A stretch of 53,184 bases of DNA, counting the filler, from Basidiobolus ranarum (taxonomy: Eukaryota), in NCBI GenBank assembly GCA_040143965.1. It is 2 parts of 2 records of this genome, joined end to end, with 100 filler letters (N's around TTAATTAATTAA, not from the genome) between each part and the next. Parts side by side here need not be neighbours in the genome. Positions count along the whole stretch, not along the records: positions 1 to 26,657 come from JASJQH010000130.1; 1 more part is not named here. One strand, 5' to 3'. This document shows positions 1 to 15,060 of this stretch, one piece after another; position 1 is the first letter of the stretch; every line of letters begins with the position of its first letter. The position numbers and the translations under genes are program-made. The notes under the pieces are model-generated. The model had not been told where the DNA came from and made no database searches. It was given only the letters and a program-made list of their open reading frames with translations.

Positions 1-124
1 TTACTTATTGTTCTAAAGAAAAGATGATTGCTGATATATTAACCAAACCATTAGCTAGGCAGAGATTTGAGAAATTTAGACCTTCCTTGGGATTAGTTCA
101 TATGACTGTTTAGTTGAGGGAGAG
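1..124 (+). mobile_element. 3' end of Ty1/copia LTR retrotransposon pol (RNase H C-terminus) plus polypurine tract
   Basis: Frame from nt 3 reads TYCSKEKMIADILTKPLARQRFEKFRPSLGLVHMTV* (stop 111-113), containing the copia RNase H ADILTKPL motif. Purine tract GAGGGAGAG (116-124) directly precedes TGTTG. Confidence 0.92.
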
Positions 125-630
125 TGTTGAAATTAGCATTTTCTAAACATCTATATAGTCATGTATAGCTTAGTAAATAGTCATCTTATATTTCACTAAG
201 ATATCACCCATTATTTGCAATTGGAATTTACTTTGAAGTTCTCAGATATATAGATTTTCAAGCTTATGCTGGAGGTCCCAAACTTTGCACACATCTTTCT
301 GGGACCTTCCTCAACATATTCCATCTATTATATTGCGTACATCTTGACAAAACTATAAATGTCAACTTTCAACTAAATAGAACAATAAGTGAAAACCACC
401 AATTTCTCTATTTCTCCAAACCACTTCCAACAGGCTTCCAAAATACTTTAACATACCTAATATATAGAATATGCTCAAAGTTTGGGGTCTCAGACAAATT
501 TGAGAAAACCATACAGTCTTCAAACTTCCAAGTTGGTCTCAATACTTTTAGTAAATTCCTTGTGAAGATATTGAAGAGTAACATAGTGAAATTTAGGTAG
601 CAAGATGCTTAAGCTGTGTCATTTTCAACA
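125..630 (+). repeat. 3' LTR of the copia element (right end ambiguous: 432 or 630)
   Basis: Starts TGTTGAAA right after the PPT. TTTCAACA ending at 630 is a perfect 8-bp inverted match and TTCCAACA ending at 432 is a 7/8 match. TATAAAT near 354. Confidence 0.7.
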
Positions 631-1025
631 GTAATATCACTTAACTACTCACATGCTTTTAATATTGGTATTGCATAGTGGTCATTATTATCAAAGTCAG
701 CCTATTTGTTAGAGATTTTATTAACTTCAGAAACTACTGCAAGAGTGGATAGTTATCTCTAATCAACTTAGTTGATGTCACAAGCCGGGTCTCTAATTAA
801 TGAAATATATCATTCACATACACAATATTTAGGGTTAGGTTTGAATATCCACTTGATGTATAATACCGCTTGAAGACATCCACTGCAGCAACCAGGATAC
901 ATGTATAGATAATTGAATGTTGGATATTATAGCAGAAGAACAGCTTCTAGTTGAACAACTGTACATCTTTTTATTTTTTAGATATCCATCGTGGGTAACG
1001 GGTACTGGGGGTACTGGGTAAATAA

Positions 1026-1780
1026 TTATGCTGATTTCTTAAGATAAAGAAGGTTTTTACGCATAGCATAAGCATCTTCTCCATCAGCGTAATAACTTTT
1101 CTCGATTTCGTTGATTTCGAACTTGAGTGATTCTTTGTAAAGGTTCAAAGCGGCACGGTTAGTCTTACGAACGTGAAGGGAAACGTAGTGAGCTCCGTAT
1201 ACTTCAACCATAGATTTTTCTAGATAAAATGGTCAAGTAATATATATTAATAATAATAATCATAATAAAGATTAAAAAGTAGTGAATTTACGTGATTGAG
1301 TCATAAGTTTTTCAGCTAATCCTAAACGACGGAAGTTTCTCATCACTGAAAGTGAGGTGATATGTCCGTGGGGAGCATCTCCAGGCTCTTCTTCCCTACA
1401 ATATTCCTAAAGTTTAGTAAAGGAGGCAAGAGAAATCTATATGAAACTTCGTTATTTACATCTTGGCAAGAACGTAACCAACGATACGGCCCTTATGATC
1501 TTCAGCAACATACGAAAGTTGAGGCCAGGACAAAGCGTGGTAAAAGTCTATTATTCAAGCAAAGCTTAGTTTACCGAATAGAACTTCGAATACATATATA
1601 TATAACCTACAATATTTCATTTGATAATTCTCTGGAAGATTATTCAGGTTGCAGTTCTGCATACCTAGCAAATCGTCAACCTTTCCGTTTCAAAAGAAAA
1701 GAGTACATAAGTAAACGACTAAGAAGGATCTTATTTAACAGATTATCTGGATTATCTACCGTGGCTTGTCTAATGTTCAT
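1026..1780 (-). CDS. NAA10: NatA catalytic subunit, N-terminal acetyltransferase Ard1/Naa10 (multi-exon)
   Basis: Spliced reading [30 protein letters not shown]...[23 protein letters not shown]...[16 protein letters not shown]...[11 protein letters not shown], with GT-AG introns. Confidence 0.95.
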
Positions 1781-2042
1781 CTTGTCGGGTGATGCTGAGT
1801 AATAGGGCAGCAAGTATGCTGAGAGTAGCGTTCAAAAACGATGTAGGTATTATGAGAAAAAAAAGTGTCATCAATCTCTGCATCTACGATTAATTGGAAC
1901 AGACTGCTCTAGAAAATCATTTACGAGAACACACTATGATACAACATTACTATCCCATCAACTGTTGGCTATATTCGAATTAAATAACAAAACAACAAGA
2001 TTATATAATAATCGTTGTCTAGTAAAGATTAACAGTGTTAAC

Positions 2043-3469
2043 ATGAGAGCAGCTAATAGTAACGTAGTAACATTCAAAGAAATTCCACACACTCTAGTTC
2101 CTTCTCGATTACTTGAGGACAACCCGGGGTTTGCAGCTCTTCTAGAGGACCTCGAAAACAACTACCTTACACCCACTGGGGGAAGCAAAGAGTTTAATTC
2201 GGCCCCACTGGTAATAAACCATTTGCAATTTACTATCTCCTCTACTTACTAAACCAATAACCAATCAGGAGCAACTCAGCAAGTCTAAAAAGAACTACTT
2301 TGAGGGTCTTTCAATATATCAAGAATTTATACAATTACTCCAAGATTCCAACGAAGCTCTACCAATCCAGGTAACTTACTTAAGTGACTTTTTTCGAAAC
2401 TTTTGTTTAAACTAAGCAATATATATACAGGTTTTCCAAACGGTCAGTGATGCCTTTCACGAGTCCGAGGGCAATCGTTTCATATTGGAGACTTTTCCTG
2501 AGGAATGTTCACTTTTAGGACACGGAAGAAACGGCTTAACTTCCTCCATGAAGGAGTTGGACAGAGAGGTTCCTAATTTTTCAATTATTCCTTCACCAAA
2601 AGTATAGTTGCTAACCTACATAATACAGAGTGTCCGTGAGAATATTGTGCCAGCTATCAAACAACGACTTCAACATAAATTGGATGAAATAGCAAGCTTT
2701 TACTCAGCTGACCACGGTACTTATATACAACGTCGATAGCAAACTGTTCAAGATTAACCCATTCTCGTTGTAATAGATACCCCGATAACTCATAATGAAG
2801 AATTACTAAGAGACATCGTAAAGCAGCAATCAATCCTCGAGGAACTTTCAATTAATGTACATCAAAAAGACATCAGGATCCTGAACTATTTGGAAGCGTA
2901 CCAGATGGTATTTAGAGACTTCTATAATGCATTATAATATCCATGGTATCAGTAATACTAATGCCACTAATAGATTCTGCGTTCATGCATTCCACCGTTA
3001 TGGGAGCTTCTTGAGCATTACAAGCTCCGTGACGGAATTACCAAACAAGTTGCTACAGACGACTGGTTAGAACTGAATTGGGATCATATTGGACAAAGAC
3101 TTCGGTGATTACATGTCGATAGTTTCTATTACACCCATTTAGATACTAACTTGCAAATAGATTATTACAAGTGGAAACTGAATCAGAGATCACTAACCCA
3201 AAGATCTACAAGTGCCTTGTTCACATTCGGTAAACGAATGATCATATAACGTTTCTTGGATGATTTGGAGAACTAATATCGCTTTATTTAGCCGTAATCT
3301 AACCGACGCCTCCACAGCTGTCCACAAGTCTATCAAGCAAAGTGAGACCCAGTTACAGCAGTACTCTGCATTAGGTGACGAGTTTCAACGTGTGGTTAAA
3401 AATTATCAAGCCATCCAAGAAAAGATTCTAAAGATAATGGAGGATATAAGAACTCTATCCAAACACTAG
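2043..3469 (+). CDS. HAUS4: HAUS augmin-like complex subunit 4-like protein (multi-exon)
   Basis: N-terminal LLEDNPGFAALLEDL and C-terminal LQQYSALGDEFQRVVKNYQAIQEKI resemble the conserved ends of HAUS4 (LLQNPYFSKLL...; YEVLGEEFDRLVKEY, recalled). Several short introns; internal exon limits not fully resolved. Confidence 0.7.
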
Positions 3470-3705
3470 ATGAACCGAGCATTTATGGTAGCATGTATGG
3501 GATGTAAAATGCACTTCTTCACTTCCTCCAAAGAAATTTCATTGTCCCCTTAATCAGATAAACTGTACAGACCAAATCTACATTTACGAGCTTTTATTTA
3601 TTGACAAGTGTTTATATCTTAACACAGAGTAACTCAACAAGCTTTGAGCAGGTGAAGTGAAAAGTGGTAGTACTATAATGTAATGACATGGGAAAATGAG
3701 TGGAA

Positions 3706-6700
3706 TTAATCATGGTGAGGTTTGGTATTCTTGATAATCTCTCTCAGAGCAGGTGGAATAGGGTCACGCTTGTTAACGTCAGTTGATGATTGCGCGACGG
3801 AATTAGCCACCCGATCTGACATCTCCACACGTTGACAAAAATGCTGGTAGAGGGCCTCTGCTCTACAAAGAGTGGCCTCGAGATCAATATGCATAGATTG
3901 GTCGTTTGCCCACTGTGTAAAATATTCAAAACCCTGATTAGCGTGTAACTCTGTACATTCGGTAAACAAAAACATTACCTTCAAGATCTCATCAAATGCT
4001 GTGAGCTCTTCTAAGATAACTCGGCGGTTCTGATTGATAATAGCGAGGGCTACGAACAAGTGGAAGTCCTTGGAGATGTGGTCGGTCCATAAAACTTCCC
4101 ACAATCGCATAACATTCTCATATTCAAACTCTCGTTTAAACCATATGAGCAGCCAACGGAAGCAAAAGAAGAGATTCGAAGAATCAGTTTTTTCTAAATG
4201 ACGATACATTGGAGGGTCCATAATTCGAATCAACGCCTCAAGGGTACGTAATTGCTTGTTCATTCCACTCTGATCAGCGTAAAAGTTCACTTTCTAAATC
4301 GGATTCGAAAAGCACAACAAAATATTGCAGATTGGGTTACTTCAAAGTCAAGCCAATGGACGCTAAAATTGATTTATCCTACCATTCGTTCCATGAAGTT
4401 AGTAAAGCACCAGAATGTCTCAACTTCATCCTGCATGACTACAAATAGTGGTGCAAGCAAGTCACTCATTCCTTGGACATATCCTACATCCAGTGGTTAG
4501 ATTATTTTCAATGCTTGGTGTATAATGCTCAGGTACAAACCTAGATCTTTGTTATAATAATTATAAGTAATGAGGATGTGTTTCAGCACCTCTAGGTTGG
4601 AATTTGTTCCGGGAAGCCCTGTTGCCGACAAAGCATCTATACCCCCTTCTAACCCCTCCTCTTCCAAAAACAATGGATTTGTTCTATCTGTTCTCAAAAC
4701 ATCCTTCTCTATATGTGTGAAAGAGAAGATCAGTTTAGGTTCTCGGAAATGAAATGGATAAAATCAATCCTATACCAATTTGATGTTTTTGTTCTTGGAA
4801 TTTTGTATCCTCTTTAAGCTCTGGATGGTCCAACCAAAGGCTTTTCAGGCGCTTATACTCTGCTCTTTATCATCGCAAAGAGTGTTACCGACGGTTCATT
4901 AATGTTATATATCCAAAGTGAGCCCCTTACTTATTACTCTCGCTAATTTCCTTACGCTGAGCTTCAGTCGAATCCCAAGGATATATGCCTAGAAGATATT
5001 TCCAAACAATTGGTCGGATCTTGTCCTCAACTCCCTATTATTAGCAACATGTGTAAGTTTTGTTCACCGTGAGGTGAACTCCATATAACAAAATATATAA
5101 AATAATCATCAGCATACCCCTGAAAATATAGAACTTTTAATATCTTCTTCGCGCATCAACAAACGGCCATCAGTGCTTTCTTCGGTCGACCCTTCGAAAT
5201 ATCTATACCAAAGATCGGCAGTAATAGGCGAGGTTCTCAAAGACTCTTTAGACTCATAAGAGAAATCCTGGTAATAAGATCAATATAAGTAAACAGGTAT
5301 CTAAAATATAGCTCATTAGGTTATATACATACACTCAATACTTCAAAGGTTCCGAGATCAGTTTCCTCCAAAAAGTCTTCGTCAACATGGTACTCTAAAT
5401 CTTGCCCAGATTTGTGATGATTTTTGGCCTTTTGGACAACACCATTCGCCCATTTATAAAGGTAAAGTTTAGCCACCTCATATTCTTCCATAACGTCTTG
5501 AGCAGCTGGTGATGCTTCAACGACTTCTACAAAACCAGGGGGTAAGAAAGGTACCAAAGGACGACCAAGTGGATGCTCAAGGATTTGGGCTACAAAATAA
5601 AGAACATCAGCATTTCTAACAGACAGAATTACGTAGAGGAATAATGAAGCGGGCTTCAACCTGCTGAATGCTTGGTAAATTGAGTGACTTTTGAGAACCT
5701 CTCTAGCATCGACCATTTGAACTCTTGCGCTGCCTGTCAGTTTCCAATAAATTGTAAGCTTCCAGCAAAGTACGAAACAATTAATCAATAAAGATATTGT
5801 ACTAACATTTCTCAATGAATCTTTGTTGTGTGGATCGAACAGACTGAGTCCTTGGTTGAACCCTTGGTTAAAGATTTGAGCAGCGGTGGGTCGTGGACTG
5901 TTTCCATTAGAGTTCACTTGCTCACTGTTCAATCGATTCCCATTACGTTGTTCACTCTCCTTATTCAGATAGAATAGGTTTGGATTGGTTTTAGATCTGT
6001 AAAAGTCATTAGTATTGCACATTTGGGACGCTTGTATGCTTAATCATCTAGACTTACTCGGTAAGATTTCCTAGCTGGCATAGCCACGCTAAAAACTCAT
6101 CACCACCCCATAATTGAGGATTCATTTCGTCATTATGGAACCATAAAGGTGGTAGTGATACCTCATTCTTTAAAGAAAGGATAATAGATCCATGCCATTC
6201 GGTGATTAAAGGTGGTTGGATCAGTATAGAATCGATTTCTCGAAGACTAAACCAGCAAGAAAAGTCGGAAAGGGAGGTTGCTTCGGTATATAATTTGGGT
6301 GAGGGTACGTAAATTTCGGCTACAGAAGAGGAGTTTTACTACGGATTTTAGCATTAGAAAATATTGGGCTCACTATTCCAAACATACGTTTAATAATTGT
6401 TTTTCCCTCAATGGCAAGTAATTGAACTTGAGGATTCTGCTCCACTTTCTTATAAATTTCTTGTTGTTGTTCGGGAATGGAATGTTCAGGAGTCCAAATC
6501 AAAGCATACTCTCCAGTTCCCTAGTATTATTAAATCTTAGAGGGTGAACGCTATATAATCTGAGACAAAAACTCACCTCTTCTACAAGGCATAAATACCC
6601 TCTTATCTTATCCTTGGGTGAGCCAGACTTATACACATGAACATTGGTTTTGCAGAAGAGAAGTCCAAGCTTGAGGATGTCAGCCATATCATCCTTAGAG

Positions 6701-6811
6701 AAGAATTCATGAGTAAGAAATCTCATCATGTATTAACATTAGGATACTTACTGGTACTTCAGAGAGTTGAAGGACATCCCAATCGATCTCATTGGGATCC
6801 TGGTTTGACAT
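3706..6811 (-). CDS. GYP7: TBC-domain Rab GTPase-activating protein, Gyp7/TBC1D15-17 family (multi-exon)
   Basis: TBC motifs EKDVLRTDR, GYVQGMSDLL and FFCFRWLLIWFKREF...RLWEVLW; N-terminal LLFCKTNVHV typical of Gyp7. First exon reconstructed as MSNQDPNEIDWDVLQLSEVP|DDMADIL. Confidence 0.92.
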
Positions 6812-7467
6812 TGATTGTATGCAAGTAGGTGAAGCTTTCGAATTAATGACTAGTTATTCTTCACAATATCTGGGTGTTGTAACTGTATTATGTGTTCCGA
6901 TCAATGCTCACGTGAAACATCATGAACTCTTGGCACCTAACTGTGATCATTTCTCGCCGTTTTTGGACTGCGCATTTTAGATTCAATTAGACTGAATATA
7001 CATGCGGAAATCACGTGTTCTATGAACTAGAGTCAAAGTAAAGGAGACCTTGATCTACCCTTTGACTGCATACTTGAAAGATTCTATCGTCTCTTTCCCT
7101 CTGTTTCAAATGAATGCGAAGGTGTGGCTGCCAAAAATACACATCTGGAGCGATGTGTAACATTCATGAGTAAAAAGTTTCGACTGGAGCTGTGAACGTC
7201 TGTGATCTATTGGGTTTAATGAAAGTAGGACTGCGAGGTGATTGTGAGGTCTAAGAGTTTGGTAGCCTATACAATTTGTTTACCTGGTAGGGAGGGAGTG
7301 AGCATCATATTTTATAAGCACCTATTATATGCTTGTGAGTCACTAATTTGATTCAGGGATGATCACTACGATTGGCTTATTCAATATCACTGTTGGAGGG
7401 TCTCTACCATTTAAAAGCGCACTTGGATTAATTGCTACCAACTAATTGATAGCAGGCTGTAAGAATA

Positions 7468-8418
7468 ATGAACGAAACTGACTCCATATTCACTCAAGTC
7501 TCTACGAACTTTGTCAATTTCCCTGCTATCGAATGGGGTCCTTATTTCCCTGTCCCAATTGTAGCGACACTACATGCCGCTAGAGTTGCTTACGACTTGA
7601 GAAAAGCATTGCCTAAAGATGGGCAAATGCCTTGGTTCCAAGCATTGTTCACTTTTTACACTCTATCATTTGGAGGAACAACAACATCGGGTAAATATAT
7701 TCTTGCGACAGTGGTTAATAACATCTTGTCTAATTCTGTCGATATGCAGCTATACTTCTGGCGAGTCCCCCCGGCTGGTTGGCTTCAAATACTGTCCTCC
7801 CTCTTTACACGTAAGCCTACTTGCTTTCTGTATGTTGATATAGGTCCAGATTCTCATAAATAATTTGCCTTTAGATTGATCTACTTTGCCATGTTCAAAA
7901 GCCCATTTGATTTTGTGTTCCGTTTCCTATCTTTCCTTGGACCTATTACTGAGCTCACTCTTAATGTCGGTGATTGTATCTCTCGTACTTTTGCCATCAC
8001 AAACATGGGTGTAGAAGCAGTTCGTTTAAATAGTCAAGGCTACGTATCCAACTCCTACGTTGGTATGTTGATATGCGGTACTCTCTCTGGTTGTGGTGGA
8101 GGTATATTCACCGATGCATTCCAACTCACACAACGTAACTGGGCCTTCCGTACCCCCACCGTATTCACTGCTCTTGGTTTTGATATGAAGCTATGCTTCA
8201 GTGTAGCTTCAGTATATGTGTTGACTACATCACCCATCACGTGGGCTAAATACCTTGTTTTAATCGGTCTTGATGAATCATGGATTCCTCAGTTATCAGG
8301 CCATGAAGCTAAGACTGTATGTTGGTCAATGCTTCTTGGTACCATGCTTTATCGTAAGTTCTTTGCGTCCACTTCACCCATTTTAAAAGCTCAGAAAAAA
8401 GTAAAGAAAGAACAATAA
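7468..8418 (+). CDS. TRIC/TMEM38-family trimeric intracellular cation channel homolog (2 introns)
   Basis: Multipass hydrophobic protein with the two Gly-kinked repeats SFGGTTT...LLASPPGWL and GTLSGCGGGIF; Lys-rich C-terminus KKVKKEQ. Confidence 0.75.
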
Positions 8419-8797
8419 AGTACTGTGGCATATTTCCAAGGAAGTTGCTTCAGCGCCTTATGTAGGCCTTTTTTCAATCATGCTATTCGTTTTTTCTGTT
8501 ACCTATAATAAAGCAAAAAACCCATATTTTATAGCAGATTTTAATGAATGTTGGACCAAAGCTGCGCCCAATAGTATTTAATTATAGAGTGGAGAATGAT
8601 GAGGATGCTCGACACTAAATATGTATGGAGAGGAATGCACAAAGTGATTATTATATCTATGAAATTTTTTGTGTGTCACTAAATGTAATCACTATGCTAT
8701 TATCAAGTTGATCCAATTTTGTGGAACAGTAATGGGCATATTTAGTCAATTCTAAATAAATACGTACATCTTTTACTTAGTCTTAACTCTTACTAAA

Positions 8798-11149
<2,352 letters not shown>

Positions 11150-11805
11150 ATGATATTTAACAAGATTGATGGAACAATGATTCCAATACAGTCCCATTAA
11201 ATTCATATGATTAAATTATATATTTAGTTGAGTATATTTTATTTGTTTCTTTATTTCTTTCTTTCGTTTTCAAACAATATTCGAACAGGATATGGTGGTG
11301 AGGGGAGTTTTTTTTGTCAAAGGTGAAGACATCATTAAATAATCAAGGGAATTTACTTCTCCTCGCTTATATGGTTCTCTCTTTCATCATTCATTTCTTT
11401 ATTATACTTGACATCCCTTTCATTTCTCTTGATTTAATTCTATTCAAACTTTTATTGGTGGAAAAATGCATGAACATTCGATGAATCTCCATAAAATTTG
11501 GGAACTATTTGATGAATCCCATGATATTCAAGTCGAGGGTAGGATAGAGTAAAGGTTAGGTGAATTAAAGTGAATCTTTATGTGGTGAGGTGAAGTTTAC
11601 ATAGAGTTGGATGAGATTCAGGGGAAAGTGTAGTCAAAATATTAGGAAGGTGTGGGGGTGGGGTGAGAGTGTGAACAAAGCAGATTTTAACAAAAATGGA
11701 ACATATGATGAGGATTATTAAAAGCTAAGAAACGAAAGTGAAGTGAAATAGGTTTATCAAGAATTTTACAGATGAACGCTAATATGAAGGGAGAGGGGGT
11801 TGATC

Positions 11806-13363
11806 TCATGCAAATTTCAACTCCAATAACGCAAGAAGCATATCCTGTAGCACATGAATGATCACTAGTACCATGACCACTACAATCTCTGGGTACCTTA
11901 GGAAGTCCTGGGCTGCCTCACGGGTGATACTATGGTTGAAGAATTTCTTAAAGCTTAATCTAGTAAAGTAAGAGGAGACGATCTCACAACCCCATACAAT
12001 AGTACTGGCCCACAAGGTCATATCCCAATTATAATCACCATTCTTTCTAAATTGTAGATATGGATAGAGCTTGGCATTGGGACCGAAGTTGAGGATTATC
12101 ACCCAACCCAGAAACGCCATCATGGTTACATTCTCAGCGATATTTCGAATGAAAAATGCCCTTCCAACATTCTTGATGTACTCTTCATAGCTTCGCTCCA
12201 TTCCAAAGAATCGTACCAACATTCGATGAAAGAATCGGGACATACGGAATGGATAGTTAACAACCACCCATATGGAAGAGGACAATTGAATCCAGAAGAT
12301 CTGGTCCATCGACCGAAGACGAGCAAATAGATTCCGGTAGAATATGAAATAAATCATGTAGAAATAGAGTCGAAAGATGTAACACAATGCCCAGGAACGG
12401 ATCCTGGTCTCTACTATATACTCTGTTATCCAGTCTAGAGTATACACCGTAATAACCCAAGAGTATACATACACTACGCCTGCTGCCCAAGATTGTTCAT
12501 GTGTCTCGGGAAATCTATGGGCATATGCTTCACCCAAAATGAAGCAGAGTAAAGTTATAATTAAAGTAACACAAAACCACAAATATCGACGATAAGATGA
12601 AGGCATCCGTGAATCTATTTCGTGTAGAAAGGTCTTCTGTGCTACTGTTAATGACTTTCGATATCGATTACGTTGTTGTGAACGCAACAAAAACAATGCA
12701 ACCACCATTGGGAAAGCCATAGTGAAGAAAGTGAGCAAAACCCATGTCATACGATATTGCTCCAGTCCAGTAAAATAGTATATCAACGTTCCAACTCCAA
12801 TTGAAAATAACCAAGAGACTATATAGGAGAGAAACCCGCCCAGAGAACGTGGCCACCAGTTTAGAGAGTATAAAATGAAGATTTGTGTAATGAATATAAG
12901 AGCAACTGCGTTGTAAAAGCCATAGTAGAAAAGCAAAAAGAACCAAAAGTTCATTTCGCTACCGTCCTCAGTTCCAGAAGAATCTTTAGATTTTACGACT
13001 GGAAGAGGAACAGCACACCATAAAAGCGTCTATTTCAAGGTAAACCTCTTGGTTAGCTATCGTCCAACGCAAAAGACTAGTAGAAAAGCAACTTACTACT
13101 ACAACTGGAAATATGATCAATATAAGGAACCTCCTCCACATAGAATTTGTCCATTCTGCCAACGTTCGATAAAATGTTTGTTTGTCGCCAGCGGTATTGA
13201 TGGCCAACAGGGCACTAGCCTCGTCGTAGCCACCGTCAGATGTGATGGATATAGTGCGGTTCCTAGTGGTTGAGGCACTAGTTTGTCGAAAGGTGAGCAT
13301 ATCGTCCCACCTTGGTAAATAGTCATTTTCGAGTTCCTCGATAGGATTCTGAGTGTAGTGCAT
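11806..13363 (-). CDS. Uncharacterised multipass membrane protein (one intron, 13030-13096)
   Basis: Splicing joins IFPVVV|TLLWCAVPLP in frame to the 382-aa ORF, which has roughly ten hydrophobic segments. No functional family recognised. Confidence 0.8.
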
Positions 13364-13951
13364 TTATTCTAGTGATTATTATTTTACATTACTATTTGAA
13401 CAAGTTAGTATAGGGTTACTGAAACCTGAATAGTTAACAGCAGGTTTAACAGTGAAGTGAAGAGATGGGCGAACAGAGCGTGGAGGTGGTTTGTAACTCA
13501 ACTATAGAAGTAGAGAGAGTAGTAAAATGCAGTGGAAAGGACCGGGTTGCTGATATAATGGAGCTTTAAAGCACCTAACCGTTACTTTTAATGATTTTCC
13601 GGTTTCATCATTTTGTTGCAGAGTGAGTACACTTTAAGTAAATTTTTATATTAAGACTTACATTAATTAGCTGTTCAATGCTTTCAAAAGAGCCTTACAT
13701 TAATTAGCCATTGCTTCCAATATGTGATCATCGGATAATTTTTAATTTGAGTCAGCTGTACATGGATGGGCCAAGGATCAGGGTAATATTTTATTAGTCC
13801 GGGATATTTTGTTTGACGATAAGGATGGCAATTGCTGATAGGGAGAGGAGACAAGAAGTATCCATCGACTAGGGTTTTGGTAGCACCTAATCCTGGGCAC
13901 GTGATTTTGGCAAAATATAAGTACGTATGAATGATGTTATGAACGGGTGTT

Positions 13952-14254
13952 ATGAATGCTGGTATTATGGATACTCAAGGTGATACAAATATTCAGGATA
14001 GTGATGTTTCGTCAGAGTCATCATATGTTGGTTCGGTTAGCGAGCATGAAAGTGACCTTGGATTAGACCTGATAAGTACAACTGGATTTGGGCTGTTCTT
14101 GCGGGAAAAAAGGCTCGACTATCCACAGGAGGAATTACCAAGAATATCCATGAAATTGAAGGACGTCTGGATGTCACTACCAGCAAGAGAGCGAATTATT
14201 TATGACGAGCGCGCTAAGCTTCTCGACAAACATGAGAGTAAAAAAGCTCAATAA
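13952..14254 (+). CDS. Small single HMG-box protein (divergent)
   Basis: TGFGLFLREKR...ISMKLKDVWMSLPARERIIYDERA fits the HMG-box helix pattern (F..F...R; W..L...E+..Y...A). Acidic/Ser N-terminus; intronless. Confidence 0.65.
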   Translation: MNAGIMDTQGDTNIQDSDVSSESSYVGSVSEHESDLGLDLISTTGFGLFLREKRLDYPQEELPRISMKLKDVWMSLPARERIIYDERAKLLDKHESKKAQ

Positions 14255-14333
14255 TCTATTTGTTCAGTGCCGTACTCGCAGATATTTCATTTTATTAGCA
14301 CAGAAGCATATTTACAAAAGTCAACATTCAAGA

Positions 14334-15060
14334 TCAATAATCATATTCAAGTACTGAATCCATTCTATTGACCTCATTGGGTTCTTCGGAGTCAAAGTAT
14401 TCAGCTTCCAAATCTTCACCAACCTGCTTTAGATCGTCATATTCCTATGATAGAGCGGGTCAATTCATGAACTATTCCTCACATAATAATGCTTTAAATA
14501 TACCTCATTGTTGTCTACTTTAGAATAATCAAATTGCCTCTATTGAATTTGAAATATGTTAAATCTCTTCCAAGATTATGGATGGTTTTTACTTGACTTA
14601 CATCGTCGCCAGACAAAAACTTGTGTTTCATTAGATCTTTAAACTCTGCAATTAAAGACTCGCGTTCTTCAGGATCTATACTCTCTTGTATTTTTTCGGT
14701 ATTTTCTTCTTCCATACCGTCTGCCTCTTTCACTTCTTCCATATCTTCTCTTTCCTCCTCTTACTCCTCCTCTTCTTATTCTTCTTCTTCCTCCTCAGGT
14801 GCTTCATCTAAGAAATTATCCAGAGCTTGTTGGAACCTTAATTCATCGATATTATGATACATTCTATCGACCAAAGACATATTTGGCCCAAAAGGAGCAT
14901 TTTTTTCCTTTTCAGTACGAAAACGGTCGACCAGTTCAAAATACAAACTTGGTTCTCTTAGTTTCATTTCCTCCAAAGAAAAGTAAGAACTATCCTTTAA
15001 AAAGTTCTCGAAATAGAAGTATCTTCTATTTTGAACGGGTTTCGAAGGTTTCCTTGACAT
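14334..15060 (-). CDS. CCDC97: CCDC97-like (DUF2052) protein (multi-exon; start uncertain)
   Basis: NRRY...YFSLEEMKLREPSLY, an acidic tract, EFKDLMKHKFLSGDD, FDYSKVDNNE and YDDL...EYFDSEEP match the recalled CCDC97 motifs. Confidence 0.85.

Noticed and set aside
11806-15060. Mucorales-type sex locus around the HMG gene
   Set aside because: Flanking genes are an unknown membrane protein and CCDC97, not a triose-phosphate transporter and RNA helicase
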